From Octopus vulgaris (taxonomy: Eukaryota): a DNA stretch of 64,000 bases. The stretch is from NCBI GenBank assembly GCA_951406725.2, contig OX597814.1, positions 125,178,001 to 125,242,000 of the forward strand, in the 5' to 3' direction. A model generated the notes under the pieces. It did not search any database. It worked only from the letters and a program-made list of their open reading frames with translations, and was not told the origin of the DNA. Each line of letters starts with the position of its first letter. Position 1 is the stretch's first letter. This document shows, piece by piece, positions 1-13,805 of the stretch. A program made the position numbers and the translations under genes.

Positions 1-680
1 GTAGTGTGGATAGTGGTGAAGGGATATCCACAAAGGATGAAGGGGCGAGCCATGAGTTGAGACTGAATCTCAAAGTCATGGTTGTCACTGCAGTGCTTGC
101 GCAGACGGAAGAATTGGGAGTAGGGGACGGAGAGCTTACTGTGGGTAGGGTGGGAGGAGGAGAAGTTAAGGTAGGAGTGTGAGTCGGTGTGTTTGTAGTG
201 GATGGACGTAGTGAGAGCGCACTGGTGTATACTGCTAGAAATATCGAGAAATACGACGGAAGAATTAGAAATTCGAGAATTTGAGGGCAGGATGGAAAGA
301 TTAGACAAAAGGGAGGAAAGAGTCTAGTTTTTCGCAGCAGAGTGAGGTCGCACCGATACAGTCATCGATATAACGACCATATATAGTTCGGGAGTGGAAC
401 CAGTGAATCGTAAGAATATTTGGGCCTCAACGTAGCCAACGAGCAGGTTCGCATAGTTGGGGCCCATTGTTGTTCCCATGGCCATTCCCGAGACCTATTC
501 GTAAAAATCCCCCGCGAACAAGAACAGTCGAGGGAGAGAACAAGTTCCGCCAGACAAAGAAGTGTGGAGGTATCAGGTTGGGGGTTGGGTCGAAGGCCCA
601 GAAAATGTTTCAATGCAAGAAGTGCTTCGTTGTATGGGATTACCGTATATAAACTCTTGATATCAAGAGTGAAGAGTAGT
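1..680 (-). mobile_element. Penelope-like element reverse transcriptase fragment (frameshifted)
   Basis: Minus-strand translation across frameshifts gives LFTLDIKSLYTVIP...GMAMGTTMGPNYANL...RYIDDCIG (YIDD at 361-372)...HYKHTDSHSYLNFSSSHP...SVPYSQFFRLRKHCS, typical PLE RT motifs. Runs off the window edge. Confidence 0.92.
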
Positions 681-829
681 TTACATGTATGTTTATATAT
701 ATGTGTGTGTGTGTGTGTGTGTGCGTGTATACATGCATATATATGTATATATATATATATATAATATCTATCCATCAATCTATCAATCTCTCTCTCTATA
801 TATATATATAAATTATATATAAAAATTAC

Positions 830-1170
830 AAAAGGGGACAAGAACGCAAACCACACAGAGACGACACAAAAAAACAAACGGGTCATTCGAAGCCTCTAAT
901 CTTCAGTCGGGAACCGGATCATCTTAGCAATTTCGGCTGATTAATCCTGATATCGATCCGATCCGGCCAGCCCCAAGGAAAAACTAAGCTACGAGCATTA
1001 GATTTCTTGGAAAAAGGATCGAATGTATACAAAACAAGGACAGAAAACCGGACGATGCCACACGAATATAAATACAAGAAACAAAAAATAAAAATAAAAA
1101 ACATGAATAGTAATAACAGGACAAAAACAGCGGGTGTCTTACGACTTCAGACAATTTAACTTATCTTGGA
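830..1170 (-). repeat. Non-coding repeat, probable Penelope pseudo-LTR (second copy at 16890-17250)
   Basis: Alignable with 16890-17250 (shared ggccagccccaaggaaaaa, gaatgtatacaaaa, caaggacagaaaa). Lies next to the PLE RT fragment. Confidence 0.6.
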
Positions 1171-1720
1171 TGGCGTATTTTGAAAAAATGCCTTTGCGGC
1201 AGACGAAGACAACAGTGTTAACATGGCAGCGGTCAAAGGCGGAAAGACCGATTACCTAGTACTTTTTAGTAGAGTATACACATACAAAACGTTTGCAAGG
1301 AAAAAGTTTAACGTTGAATTCGAAGTTTCGTCTTGTTTGTCTTCGTTGTATGTGTGTTTGTATCTCATGCTCTCGATATCCCCTGATGGTGGTAAAAGAA
1401 TGTCACCGTCATATAAATGGTGTTCTTCGTTTCCATTCTTCTGTGAAACCATTTTCCGACCACGAAGTAATATTAACTTACTTGAATACAGGTGAGAGTT
1501 AGACACAGGAAGGGCATCAGGTTGTAGATAATCTTCCTCAATGAATTTCGTCTGATCCATTCAAGCTTGGGAAATGGACGTTAAAGCAGTGATATAGATG
1601 TGTGTGTATGTGCGTGCGTGTATGTGTGTGTACGTATAGTTTCAATATTGCTTACTAAAAACAAAGCAAATCACAAACGACGGCGAGAATTCAACGCATA
1701 TTCTACGGATTAATTGATAC

Positions 1721-1922
1721 ATATTTCTTTACTACCCACAAGGGGCTAAACACAGAGGGGACAAGCAAGGACAGACAAACGGATTAAGTCGATTACATCG
1801 ACCCCCGAAAGGATGAAAGGTACAGCCGACCTCGGCGGAATTTAAACCCAGAACGTAACGGCAGACGAAATACGGCTACGCATTTCGCCCGGCGTGCTAA
1901 TGCTTCTGCCAGTTCGCCGCCT
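1721..1922 (-). mobile_element. SINE family C (tRNA-like head, conserved gcctttcatcctttcggggtcgat core), with TSD
   Basis: Matches copies at 22.4, 49.9 and 53.8 kb. Flanked by a 22-bp direct repeat ttctacggRttaattgataYat (1701-1722 / 1923-1944). Confidence 0.9.
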
Positions 1923-2219
1923 TTCTACGGGTTAATTGATATATTTTAGCAAAATATTGACTTCAACTGGTGTACACGCGTTTCGCTCAATTGAGATATT
2001 TCCAACAAGTAAAACAAAAGCAATTTAACCTTACAATATAATACTGCTGTGTCATCAGCCAGTCAAATATAAAATCAGAGCAATCATGAAAGTAGGAGAG
2101 GTCGCTTGTATAGAAGTGTGCGATGTTGTTCAGTAAACAATGGAGAATTTATACAGGGATTTATGGCTTTTAAATATTTCGTTTTATGGTGGCTGAGCGA
2201 CATTTTTAATAGACAACGA

Positions 2220-2490
2220 TGGGAGTTCACTTTCTTTCTTTACTATAGCATGTAATTGTTTTTGGAGTGTTACTTTATTAATGTAAATTTTATTGAAATG
2301 AATTATGGGTTCATATTCTTACTATGGCATGTAATGCCTTTTTAAATGTATTTTGGATGGAAATATTATTGAAACGGATTATGATCAGTCAGGGATACGC
2401 TGTCATCTGTAAATGTGGATTTTAATGTGGATTTTATTGCAACGGGTTATAGTCAATCAAGGATACAGTGCCTCTTCTATATGGCCTTTG
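2220..2490. repeat. Degenerate tandem repeat, about 75-bp unit
   Basis: Recurring ttactatRgcatgtaat, ttattgaaaYgRattatg and tcaRggatac blocks. Confidence 0.55.
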
Positions 2491-3492
2491 AGCATACTGT
2501 TTTTACTAAAAGGCATTTTCAAAATGTTAAAATATTAGAATATTTATAAGGCTAAATTAATATTTGATTTTAAATTAAATTTTAAAACGTTTACAAGAGT
2601 TGACATTCGAATGTGATGATTAAACAGAAATTGTTGAGATATAAATTATTTGAGAATTTTAAAATTAAAAAAATTCGAATAATTTGTACAAAACGGGGAA
2701 ATGACTCGAATAAAAATATGAACGAGAAAAGTAAAAGTGGAATAAAGACAACGAAAACAGAAAAAAACAGGAAAATAAAAGATATCGAAATGATTTATCT
2801 TTTGGGAATTATAATCGGTATTTACATTTCAAAGGTTTTGTATATTGTATGAAGACATGAAAAAACTCTTCCTGAGTGTTTTGATTGTGGATGGTTAGGT
2901 GGAAAATAAAATTTCACAGACCTCAACTGTACACGGTCTCTTATTTCCATCATAGGACTTGCACATGAGACGATTTCCTCTTCAAATTGAAGTGTGTATT
3001 AGTGATTTTCAATTAACCATATAGATAATGAAAGAGAGGTGTCATTTTCGAATTTCATATTTCGACAAATCTGTGTATGTTGACTGTATCATAAGTCGAA
3101 TGGGTTAGATGTAAGGATAATGTAAATGAATATTGCAAAAGGATTTACAGAATCAGGGAAGATAGAATTAGAATAGTATTATTAACGAGAAACACAATCT
3201 TCCACACACGCGGGATCAAAAATTTACTAATGTATCATTTGACATGTATGGGAGTCCACGATTCCACTGTAATCAGTGACACGGTAGGACTCGTCTCCTA
3301 CCAATGTTGAAAAATAAATTCCCACAGGCAGAAGGCAGTATTTATTGTGATGATAGGTTACGAATCACCTAGAAATTAAACGCTTAACAGGGCGATAAGT
3401 TATGGAGAGACCTACATTTATTATTCAACGAACACAAATCAAATATTACAGCTAAACAGTTTCAAGACATAGCGCTAGATTACCCTCATTAA

Positions 3493-3815
3493 AAGCCAAA
3501 TCAAACGCTCAACTATATCTATCAAACTAACCACAAAGCATTATTATCATTGTTGTCAAAATACGTCTCTTCAGCTGTCAAATCTATCCGCTAATAAGCA
3601 AATATTCAACGAATTGGAAACATACAACAATGATACTTTCAGGTGAAACATTGACAATGAAAGCATAGTGTACATCGAAGAAAACAATAGACCAACGAAG
3701 AATAGCAAAGACAAAAACGTAATACCATATGGCATAAACTTTATTATATATACCCAGTAGCAACAATAATAGGAAAGCTTTTCTGCAGAGCTTTCGCTAA
3801 AATTTTCAATCAATT
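3493..3815 (+). mobile_element. Degenerate Penelope-like RT C-terminal fragment
   Basis: KPNQTLNYI...LSNLSANKQIFNELETYNND...VATIIGKLF resembles the PLE pattern KPN..PLYI...RLSNISSNEEIF...VATNIGKKF. Contains stops and frameshifts. Confidence 0.7.
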
Positions 3816-3881
3816 AATAAATAAAACGAAATCTTGAATAAAAAAACACTTTGAAATTCTCATACATCACTTCCTATTTAC

Positions 3882-3951
<70 letters not shown>

Positions 3952-4039
3952 CGCACACATACATGCGTGCGTGCACACACCAAAACACAAACACACTCAC
4001 ATGCATATACATCTCCCACGCTTCGTTAACTTTTGAACG

Positions 4040-4440
4040 AAGTTGTGTAGTTTTGGCACATTAGCAACACAGTTGCGGCGTGTCAGTGTATCTAAAGAGA
4101 CATCTACTAGAATAAGGTTTAATGAAGACACGGCAATAGCAAATGATAGAGTCAATTATATGCGACATACTGTGTTTACAATGGAGGGAAAAAAGAAACA
4201 GGTATACGAGAATATACGAACATGTGAAAAGAGTATGAAAGAAATTATGTATGACAAGTATTGAGGATTAAAAAGGATACGGAAAGTAGGCTTTTTTGCA
4301 AAGGCAAACAGGACACGTGACAAGGAACTAAATGGACATTTAATGTCTTTCGACACAAAGAAAATAAAGTGAACAAAGTAACAATGTGCATATAGGTAAA
4401 ACGGATCGAAGAGAAAAAGTTAATTTTGGATTGAAGGACT
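4040..4440 (+). mobile_element. Old RTE-type LINE 3' fragment
   Basis: LRRVSVSK...RIRFNED... loosely resembles the RTE ORF C-terminus. Highly decayed. Confidence 0.4.
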
Positions 4441-5196
4441 GTTCTAAAACACACGTAAAAGGAGAGAGTGGAGAGGATTATGAGAAAGCGAAATAGAAAA
4501 CAAGGACAAAGAACGAGACGAGAGAAAAAAGGAAAAGAGAAAACGAGATAAAGGCTGTGAGAGAGGAAAAAGGGTAAACAAATAAGACGATGGTGAAGAC
4601 AGTTGCAGAGAAGATGAAAATACATAAGATGAAAGAATATTTTCAGTTCTACACTTTGGAGATTTCACGCAAATCTACGTCATCTACCTATGTTTGGAAG
4701 CAAAAGGAAATGCTATTTCTAACAACATGAGAGTTGCACTTAATGGTGTGTGAGCATTACACTTTGTAACTGCATTTGCCTCAAATGGATAGCTCAATTT
4801 TATCCCAAGTGCGTCGATGGTTAATCACAAGTTGACAATCAGAATGGAAAAAAATGCGGAAAATCATCAACACAACCCTAGAAATGCCATCGAAATTTAT
4901 CGTAGCCTCTTACAGAACTGTATCACTTTTAAAACTTGTAGTTTTAGATATTCACGTATTATGCCTGATGAACTGAACTTGTAATTTTAATTAAAATTTG
5001 TAATATATGGCAGTTTTATAAAAATTAAACCGTGCAATTTATAGAGTTTTAAATCTGAATGTTTTATAAATATAGCAAATTTAAATGTGCAACATTGAGC
5101 GAACAAATTATTTTCTAACTTCTATAGTATTTGAAACCATGAACTAACCTTTCAAAGAGATGACTTTTAAATTATCTTTTCTCCTGAAATTTTGTG

Positions 5197-5368
5197 GGTG
5201 GAGGTTGTGTTGATTACATCAACCTCAGTACTTGAATGGTGGTTATTTCATCAATCCTGAAAGGACGAAAGGCTAAGTCAACCTCAGTGGAATTTGAACT
5301 CGGAATGTAAAAATGGACAAAGTACTGTTAAGCACTTTGTTTGGCATGCTAATGAGTCTGCCAGCTTA
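5197..5368 (-). mobile_element. SINE family C, CpG-decayed copy
   Basis: gattacatcaacctcag...aaaggacgaaagg...ggaatttgaactc matches family C with CG>TG/CA changes. Confidence 0.8.
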
Positions 5369-5446
5369 CCAAGTTATATAGGAATCTAATAAGAACAATA
5401 TTACAAATACATAATTGCTATGAAAATATATGTGAATATGTGCATG

Positions 5447-5500
<54 letters not shown>

Positions 5501-5752
5501 TATCGTTGCTATTATGTTAAAGTGTCGTATGTCCAAATTTGGCCATATGCATCTTTTTTTACTATTAACTTTTGCTTGTAATAGCCGATTCTTTTGGTCA
5601 AACTTTTGTATCTCCAGCTGATACAGATGCCAAAATATCAAAAGTTGTCAGTTTAGTACAATGGTTTTGATATGGAATGGTAAAACTATTTCTTCATTTT
5701 CTGAAAAAGCATTGTTTTGGACTTACGACACTTTTGCATAATAGCAATAATA
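5501..5752. mobile_element. MITE (about 250 bp) with about 32-bp terminal inverted repeats, inserted in (TA)n
   Basis: ttgctattatgttaaagtgtcgtatgtccaaa (5506-5537) versus reverse complement of 5716-5747, ttgctattatgcaaaagtgtcgtaagtccaaa (3 mismatches). Confidence 0.85.
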
Positions 5753-7063
5753 TATTTATATATGTATATATGTCTGCATGTATGTATGTATACATGTAGA
5801 TATACACACATATGTGGATGTATAATATGCTGTATATATTTGTGCATATGTGTGTATGTGTGTGCATGTGTGTCTATGTGTGTGTGTGTGTGTCTGTCTG
5901 TGGCTTAATGAAAAAGATTAAAGAAAATCTGAAAGAGAAAGAACAACAGACACTGATATGTTTAATTAACAATGTTACTGTACCTCACACAGACTTCCTC
6001 TCAAATGCTACTCCTTTACAAATATCAGTCTGTCTATATCTCCTCTTTTGGCTCATCCCCAGTTTATCCCTAAAGGATCTCAGACTCGGGATTTTTTTTT
6101 CTTTCTTTTTTTTTTTTTTGCTTTGATTTTTGTTCATATATTATTCCTGATTACATCTGAGTCCTCTGTGAAATTTAGTAATGATCCATTGAGAAATGGC
6201 GGCATTCTTTCAAGAGAAACAGACAATTATCAACATAAGCGTACATGCATATATATCAATACATACACATACATGATTATCATATACGCACACACACTCA
6301 CACACATATATATAGATGTTCATATATATACACATACATGTATATGTAGGTATATATGAATACATACCAAAACATACACATATATACCTACATATACATG
6401 TATGTGTATATATATATATGTACAATTATGTGTGAGTGTGTTTGTGATTAAGAAGGTATGTATATATATGTCTGTGATGCAGATTTATCTCTGACATACG
6501 TTCCATTAAAACTATGTTGCAGAGTAGTATTAGAAAGCCAGTCTGTTGATATTTATAGTGTCAAAAGTCTGAGTGGTAAAAGTGAAACACATAGCTTCTG
6601 TTGCAATTAAAAGTGATTTCATTGAACTTAACAGTACTAGTAACACTGGAAAAAGCTTACGTATTACTACACTACATTTTCCAAAAGTACATTTATACAT
6701 ACATACATACAAGTACATTTATACATACAAGTACATTTATACATACATACATGCAACCTTGCATGTACATGTATACAAGCACCAGCAAACACACAGAAAT
6801 ACTTTGTGTGCAAAAGAAACCCATATTTATAATCAAAGAGTAAATCTTAAGATATTCAGATATCACTATCAAAATATTAGCAGTTTTACCCCAGGTGACT
6901 CTTGATCAAATACAGCTGCAATCAAAGGCTTTCCAACCATAACCATTCAGCCTTTTCATGTGTGAGGCATCTGAGAACAATATTAATTGATAGATTGACA
7001 TGGTTGTTGCCTTACAAAAAGTACTGATGCTGGGGCCATGTAAAAATGTTCTCAGTATACATA

Positions 7064-7536
7064 AGGCGCAGGAGTGGCTGTGTGGTAAGCAGCTGACTTA
7101 TCAACCATGTGGTTCTGGATTCAGTACCACTGCGTGGTACCTTGGGCAAATGTCTTCTACTATAGACCAAAGCCTTGTGAGTGGATCTGGTAGACGGAAA
7201 CTGAAAGAAGCCCGTCATATATATATATATATGTGTGTGTGTGTGTACATATATATGTGTGTGTGTGTGTATGTATATATGTATGTATTATGTATGTATG
7301 TATGTATGTATATATGTATGTATATGTTTGTGTGTCTGTGTTTGTCCCGCAACATCGCTTGACAATTGATGCTAGTGTGTTTATGTCTCTGTCACTTAGT
7401 GGTTTGGCAAGAGAGACCAATAGAATAAGTACTAGGCTTCCAAAGAATAAGTCCTGGGATTGATTTGCTCGATTTAAGGTGGTGCTCCAGCATGGCCACA
7501 GTCAAATGACTAAAACAAATAAAAGAATAAAAGAAT
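7064..7536 (+). mobile_element. SINE family A (tRNA head, internal (TA/TG)n, CR1-type tail)
   Basis: aggcgcaggagtggctgtgtggtaag head with A/B-box-like motifs, ccttgggcaa block, tail ggtgctccagcatggcc..cagtcaaatgact. More than 10 copies in the window. Confidence 0.92.
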
Positions 7537-7887
7537 ATACTCTGTAAAATGGTTGGCATTGGAAAGAGCATTCAACTGTAGAAACCATACCAAAACAGAT
7601 GATAGAGCTTAGTATGACTCCCAGCGTTGCCACCGTCTGTCAAAACTGTCTGACCCATGCCAGCATGGCAAATGAACGTTAAATGATAATGATGGTGGTG
7701 GGGTTATGTTTTAAAAGCTTCTGCACAGGATGAGGACTGCTCAGCTACATTGGTGCTAATGGTTGAAATACACAACAAGAAATGAAAGACCAATTAAAGC
7801 TAATGTGGGACAAATGATCAGGTGGACCATAGTGAAATACATCTCAGCTGTAGCCACTTGAAGAAGAAAGCAAAGGGAGTACATCTA

Positions 7888-8112
7888 GTGTCAATGACTA
7901 GATATGATATAGATTAAGTATATTTATGCCATTAATGTTTAGATATGATTACAGAAATGGCGTCCACTCTGTCAGTGGTTAGATATAAAATTGAGAAAGG
8001 ATGTTTATATTGTCAGTAGTTTGATATGGTTTATAGAGGGAAGATATTTACAATATCATTGATGATATATGATATAGAGAGGGGGTATCTATTCTGTCAG
8101 TTGTTAGATATT
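7888..8112. repeat. Degenerate minisatellite, about 40-bp unit
   Basis: Repeated gtcagtggttagatatgatatagag-like units, 5-6 copies. Confidence 0.6.
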
Positions 8113-9544
8113 CTACAACCATTTTAGACAGAACAGACAGGTGTTGTAAGTATTGTAATTGTTTTGAGGATTCGTGAATCAAACTTCAGAGATTATAGCT
8201 TTCATAACTATGGTTGGATCGGAGAAATATCTCCACAATTCCCTAATGATATTTTGGACTATCTGAATTGTGAGATATTGAACCAAATGTATAGTTCTAT
8301 TTCATAGTTGTTCTATTTCATTGTTGTCATGGTGATGTTTATTTTAAGCCCAGTGATCTGGATCGTTGAGAATTAAACATCTTGACCATGGACCCAACTC
8401 AGTTCTGTTGACAAGATATGAATTTGTGACTTCTGAACTCTGTATGTTCTCAATATAATTAAATTTATAAGCAACATAGAACAAGACAAAAACTGAATAA
8501 CAGACCTGCTTTATCATACGTTTTATGCAATTTTTATTCTCATTTGGAAACTATGAAAGCAATTAGCAACTTCAGTAAAGTGAAATAAAGTCATGCTGGT
8601 CACGACATCGTTTCACTTCTAAAATATATGTTTTGTGTCTAACTTCAAAAAAGATAATAAAATATAATTAATAATAGGTTTTTCAGTAATAGCTTAACGT
8701 AATTTTTAATTAATAGTTGTCAAATAGAGAAACTTGTCTTCTCTCTCTCTCACTCTCTTTGATTTTTTTTTTTTTGTATTTTTTATCCTTCTAATAATAC
8801 TACATGTAACAAATTGTAAAATTACAGCTTGTCAGCTTTCTCTCTTGACAAAATCTACATACAGGGCTGGCAACATATTTTATGAACTTAGTGTAATCTC
8901 AGCCACAAGCCAATAATTTATTTCATCTAGTCTGCTTTTATTCCAATTACCAATGAAATCTCTAAGCATTTCACTGCTGTTCAATATTAAGCTAAAGAAT
9001 TATGGTAGAAAATTAACAGAAATTGTAGATTGCCAGATTAAAACTATTTTTCATCTATCAATATATGTCAGACACAATGTCTTTTAAAGCTAATAATGCC
9101 TGAGGGTCTCTCCTAATTACCAGAATGGTGTAGCAACTGAATGTGGGGACAATGTTCATATTTGCCTATAAAGCACAAGCAGCATTAATAACAGTCATTT
9201 GAGATTCTCAACCATAGCCACTTGTTTGAAGAAACCAAGAAAACACCAGTATCAGTGGGTTAAATCAAACCCCAGCATTTGACTGGTATTTTACTATATT
9301 GACTCTGAAGGTAGCAAAGTAAAGATGTCCTCAGTAGGTTTTGAACATGGAATATCAAGGGCTGGAACTAATATGAGTATGGCAATTTGTCCAGTTGCCT
9401 AATACTTCTACCAAATAACCTGCAAGACTAAATGACATCCAACAATCATATCAGATCTTCGGGTAACGAATTTTAGTAACTTTGTGGAATTGACCCTTTT
9501 TAGTAATCCATATTGTAGCTGTTGTCATCATCATCATTTCCTTC

Positions 9545-9955
9545 GTGCTGGTGGAACATAAAAGCACCCACTACACTCTCGGAGTGGTTAGCATTAGGAA
9601 GGGCATCCAGCTGTAGAAACTCTGCCAGATCAGACTGGATCTTGGTGCTGCCATCTGGTTCGCCATTCCTCAGTCAAATCGTCCAGCCCATGCCAGCATG
9701 GAAAGCAGACGCTAAATGATGATGATGTTGATGATGATGATTGTTGCTGTCATCATCATCAACATTGTTGTGATTGCCATCATTCTTGTCATCATCATTA
9801 TTGTCATCATCGTAATTGTCATTCTCATCATTATCATTGTCATCACGATTATGGTCATTGCTGTTGTCATCATCATCATCATTGTCATCACAATTTTTGT
9901 TATCATCATTGTCATGTTTGCCATAGCTGTCACCATTGTCATCATCATCATTATT
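9545..9955 (+). mobile_element. SINE family B 3' part plus expanded (GAT)n/(CAT)n tail
   Basis: cccactacactctcggagtggtt..ttaggaagggcatccagctgtagaaac..ccatgccagcatggaaagc..aaatgatgatg, then a long degenerate ATC array. Confidence 0.88.
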
Positions 9956-10503
9956 ATACACTAACTGACCCCGTACCATCAAAAATGACAGCTAATTGTA
10001 GTATTTTATATATAAATATGGATGGTAATTCAAATTAACACACTTGTCAATGTTATCTGGTGGTTGTCTTTTGAGATGTGACATTGATCATCATTTGTTA
10101 CTGAAAGAACACTGGTTCACACATACAAACATTCACATACTTCTCTTGTATACTCACACAAATACACACATATACTTACACAGAGTTGAAATGCCGTTTG
10201 ATTTTTTACTTTTCAGCATTGAATGTTCATCATCCCACCAGTTTGCCATCACACCTTCTTTCCTTATTCATCTATCACCCCTTCCTTTCTTATTCACATG
10301 TTGTGGTGGAGAAAAACACAAGAGTTTTATTATAATAGATTGTACAAAATTTATAAAATGATTTCCTGTATCATGAGAAGTGAGTTCTGAGGTGTCAAAC
10401 AAGGGTTTTCTTCCTGGATAATATCTGAAGAAAATTCTGTTTGGATCTCCTCATAAGACATGCACTTTTCTTGTTTTACAAATTTAGAGAGGGAGATGTT
10501 CAT

Positions 10504-10913
10504 AGGAGCGACTGTGTGGTAAGTAGCTTGCATACGAACCGCATGGCTCCGGGTTAAGTCGCACTGCGTGGCACCTTGGGCAAGTGTCTCTACTATAGCT
10601 TCGGGTCGACCAAACCTTGTGAGTGGATTTGGTAGACAGAAATTGAAAGAAGCCCATCGTATATATGTATATATATATATGTGTGTATATGTTTGTGTGT
10701 CTGTGTTTGTCCCCCCCCAACATCGTTTGACAACCAATGGTGGTGTGTTTATGTCCCTGTAACTTAGCTGTTCAGTAAAAGAGACCGATTGAATACATAC
10801 TAGGCTTACAAAGAATAAGTCCTGGGGTCGATTTGCTTGACTAAAGGCGGTACTCCAGCATGGCCACAGTCAAATGATTGAAACAAGTAAAAGAGTAAAG
10901 AGAGTAAAAGAGA
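10504..10913 (+). mobile_element. SINE family A
   Basis: Full-length match to other family A copies, gtaaaaga tail repeats. Confidence 0.92.
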
Positions 10914-10967
10914 ATTTAAACAAGTTTTAAACTATTTATAGTTTACTTGTATATTTATACTACTTAG

Positions 10968-11280
10968 GTGAAGGTGCATAGTTTAATGATTAGAGTATTT
11001 GGCTCATGATCGCAAGGTCATGAGTTCAATTCCTGGCATTGCGTTCTATCCGTCGATACTTTATTTCTCAGCTGAAAACAATGAGTAGTACCTGTATTTC
11101 AAAGGACCAGTCTTGTCACAAACTGTGTCATGCTGAATCTCGCTGAGAACTACATTAAGGATCTGTGGAGTGCTCTTGTATCTGTGGAGTGCTCAGCCAC
11201 ATGCATGTTAATTTCATGTGTGGGCTGTTCTGTTGATCGGATCAACCGGAACCCTTGTCATCGCAACCACCGGAGTGCCA
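10968..11280 (+). mobile_element. tRNA-derived SINE (family E)
   Basis: Head with A-box-like and gagttcaattcc B-box-like motifs. Body distinct from families A-D. Confidence 0.6.
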
Positions 11281-11336
11281 GTTATACTACTTATTATATT
11301 TTAAACATATTTTCAAACAATGCAAATAAATCATCA

Positions 11337-11820
11337 GCATCATCATTTAACGTCCACTTTCCATGCTAGTATGGGTTGAACGATTTGATTGAGGACTGGC
11401 AAACCAGATGGCTGCACCAGGCTCCAATATGATCTAGTAGAGTTTCTACAGCTGGATACTCTTTCTAATGCCAACCACTCTGAGAGTATAGTGGATGCTC
11501 TTACGTGCCACTGGCATGAGGGTCAGTCAGGCGGTACTGGCAATGGCTATGCTCAATTGGTGCTTTTTACATGCCATCTGCACAGGAGCCAGTCCAGCAG
11601 CACTGGCAACGACCTCACTCAAATGTTTTTCATGTGCCACCAGCACAAGTGCCAGTAAGGTGACGCTGGTAGCAATCATGTTTGAATGGTGCTTTTTACG
11701 TGCCACCAGCACAGAAGCCGGTCAGCTGCTCTGGCAACGATCATCCTCAGATTGTGCTCTTAGCATTCCACTAGCACAGATGCCAGTCATCAAATTTGCG
11801 AATCTGATTTGATTTCGATT
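11337..11820 (-). mobile_element. SINE family B with internal tandem modules
   Basis: Reverse complement of the family B tail plus repeated gtgctttttacgtgccacYRgcac modules. Confidence 0.9.
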
Positions 11821-11986
11821 TGTAGGAATTAGAATAAGGGCTAAACATTGTGATATCAATGAGCAGAACATGACTGATGAGGTACCAAGCTTCAGTGTAA
11901 TTTCATTTATGTGTCCTTATTTTTGTTAGTAATTTCAACAAAAGTTTAAGATAAGGCGCACTCATCCACATAAGTATTTAAAAAGA

Positions 11987-12570
11987 GACCAGTGTCACGC
12001 AAATGGCACCTGTGCCAGTGGCACGTAAAAACACCCACCCCAGAGTGGTTGGTGTTAGGAAGGGCATCCAGCTGTAGAAAACCATGCCAAATCAGACTGG
12101 AGTCTGGTGCAGCCTTCCAGTGTGTCAGCCCAGTCAAACCTTCCAACCCATGCCAACATGGACAACGGACATTAAACGATGATGATGATATATCTCATTG
12201 AGGTAATGTGGCAGATGCCAGTGTCACATAACTGGCACCTGTGCTGGAGACACATAAAAAACACCTTTTGAGAGTTGGGCCTCATGGAGGAAATGACAAA
12301 TGACCGAGATCTTTGGCAATATGCTGTACTTGAATAGAAAACCCATCAAGCCAAGTGAAATCATAGCTGTGGCAAATACTGGTGTCATGCAACTGGCACC
12401 TGTGCCAGTGGCATGTAAAAGAACCCATTACACTCTCAGAGTGGTTGGCATTAGGAAGGGCATCCAGCTGTAGAAACCATACGAAATCAGACTGGATCTT
12501 GGCGCAGCCTTCCAGTGTGCCAACCCAGTCAAACCATCCAGCCCATGCCAGCATGGACAACAGACGTTAA

Positions 12571-12614
<44 letters not shown>

Positions 12615-12625
12615 GATGATGATGA
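11987..12625 (+). mobile_element. Two tandem SINE family B copies, second with (GAT)n tail
   Basis: tggcacctgtgccagtggcacgtaaaa...ttaggaagggcatccagctgtagaaac occurs twice. Confidence 0.9.
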
Positions 12626-12677
12626 ACCTGCTGGATAATAAACAACTGCACAGAATTAGCTTCTGTTTCTCTTTCAT

Positions 12678-13100
12678 CTTTTAATTGTTTTACTCATTGG
12701 ACTGTGGCCATGCTAAAGCAGTGTCAGAAGGGTTTTAGTTCAACAAATCAATCTCAGTTTACCTTTTGAGTCTGGTACTTATTATATCAGTTGCTTTTGC
12801 AAAAAGGGACATAAAAAACCAACACCAGTTATGAAGCAGTGGGAAATAGGACAAACACACACACTCACACAAATACACATGCACAAACAAACACATGCAC
12901 ACACACGCATACACATGCATAAACACACACTTACACACACACACATCATACTCACAACAGGCTTCCACACAGTTTCTATCTATCAAATTCACTCACACGG
13001 CATTGGGTGACAACATTTTCCCTAGCGTCATGCAGTGGGACTGAACCCGGAAACATGTGGTTGTAAAGCAAGGTTTTTAACAACACAACTAAGCCTGCAC
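12678..13100 (-). mobile_element. Older SINE family A-related copy
   Basis: Reverse complement of the family A head and tail, diverged. Confidence 0.75.
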
Positions 13101-13424
13101 ATGTTTTATTAAAAACTTCTTTTTATTGTCTGAAGCATGAACACTGAAACCAGGAGCTATTAAAATGCCAGTCAGTAAAAGGAGACAAAAGGCTGAAGAC
13201 TAAGACCAATACTTTATCCCTTGCAATGACAACTTCCATTTCTCGGAACTAACCAGATGTATACAATTTCTTGCTCACAGACATATTGTCTCATCTTTTT
13301 CTTCTTCCTATTATATTGTTGTAACAACCTTCGGTTCTCTGAACCAGATATTTATATACCACAGCCACCCAAACCCATCTAACTCATCTAATTCTTCCTT
13401 TTCTATCATTATTTTATGATTTTT

Positions 13425-13805
13425 TATTTTTTGTTTCAGCCATTTGATTGTGGCCATGCTGGAACACCACCTTTAGTCGAACAAATTGATGCCAGGACTT
13501 ATTCTTTGTAAGCCTAGTACTTATTCTATCAGTCTCTTTTGCCGAACCGCTAAGTTACAGGGACACAAACACACCAGCATCGGTTGTCAAGCAATGTTGG
13601 GGGGAACAAACACAGACACACAAACATATACATACATATATATACATGCAATGGGATTCTTTTGGTTTCCGTCTACCAAATTCACTCACAAGGCTTTGAT
13701 CAGCTATAGTAGAAGACACTTACCTAAGGTGCCATGCTGTGGGACTGAACCCAGAACCATGTGGTTGGTAAGGAAGCTACGTACCACACAGCCACTCCTG
13801 CACCT
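13425..13805 (-). mobile_element. SINE family A
   Basis: Full-length reverse-complement match. Confidence 0.9.

Noticed and set aside
2956-3024. DLHMRRFPLQIEVC, reminiscent of a Cys-loop receptor motif
   Set aside because: Short, lacks the first Cys and the conserved Asp, hits a stop soon after, and has no supporting exons.
3451-3496. Hammerhead-like remnant antisense to the 5' end of the Penelope fragment
   Set aside because: Core reads TTAATGA (two mismatches) with weak stems. The position is suggestive of an inverted pLTR but this is not enough to call it.
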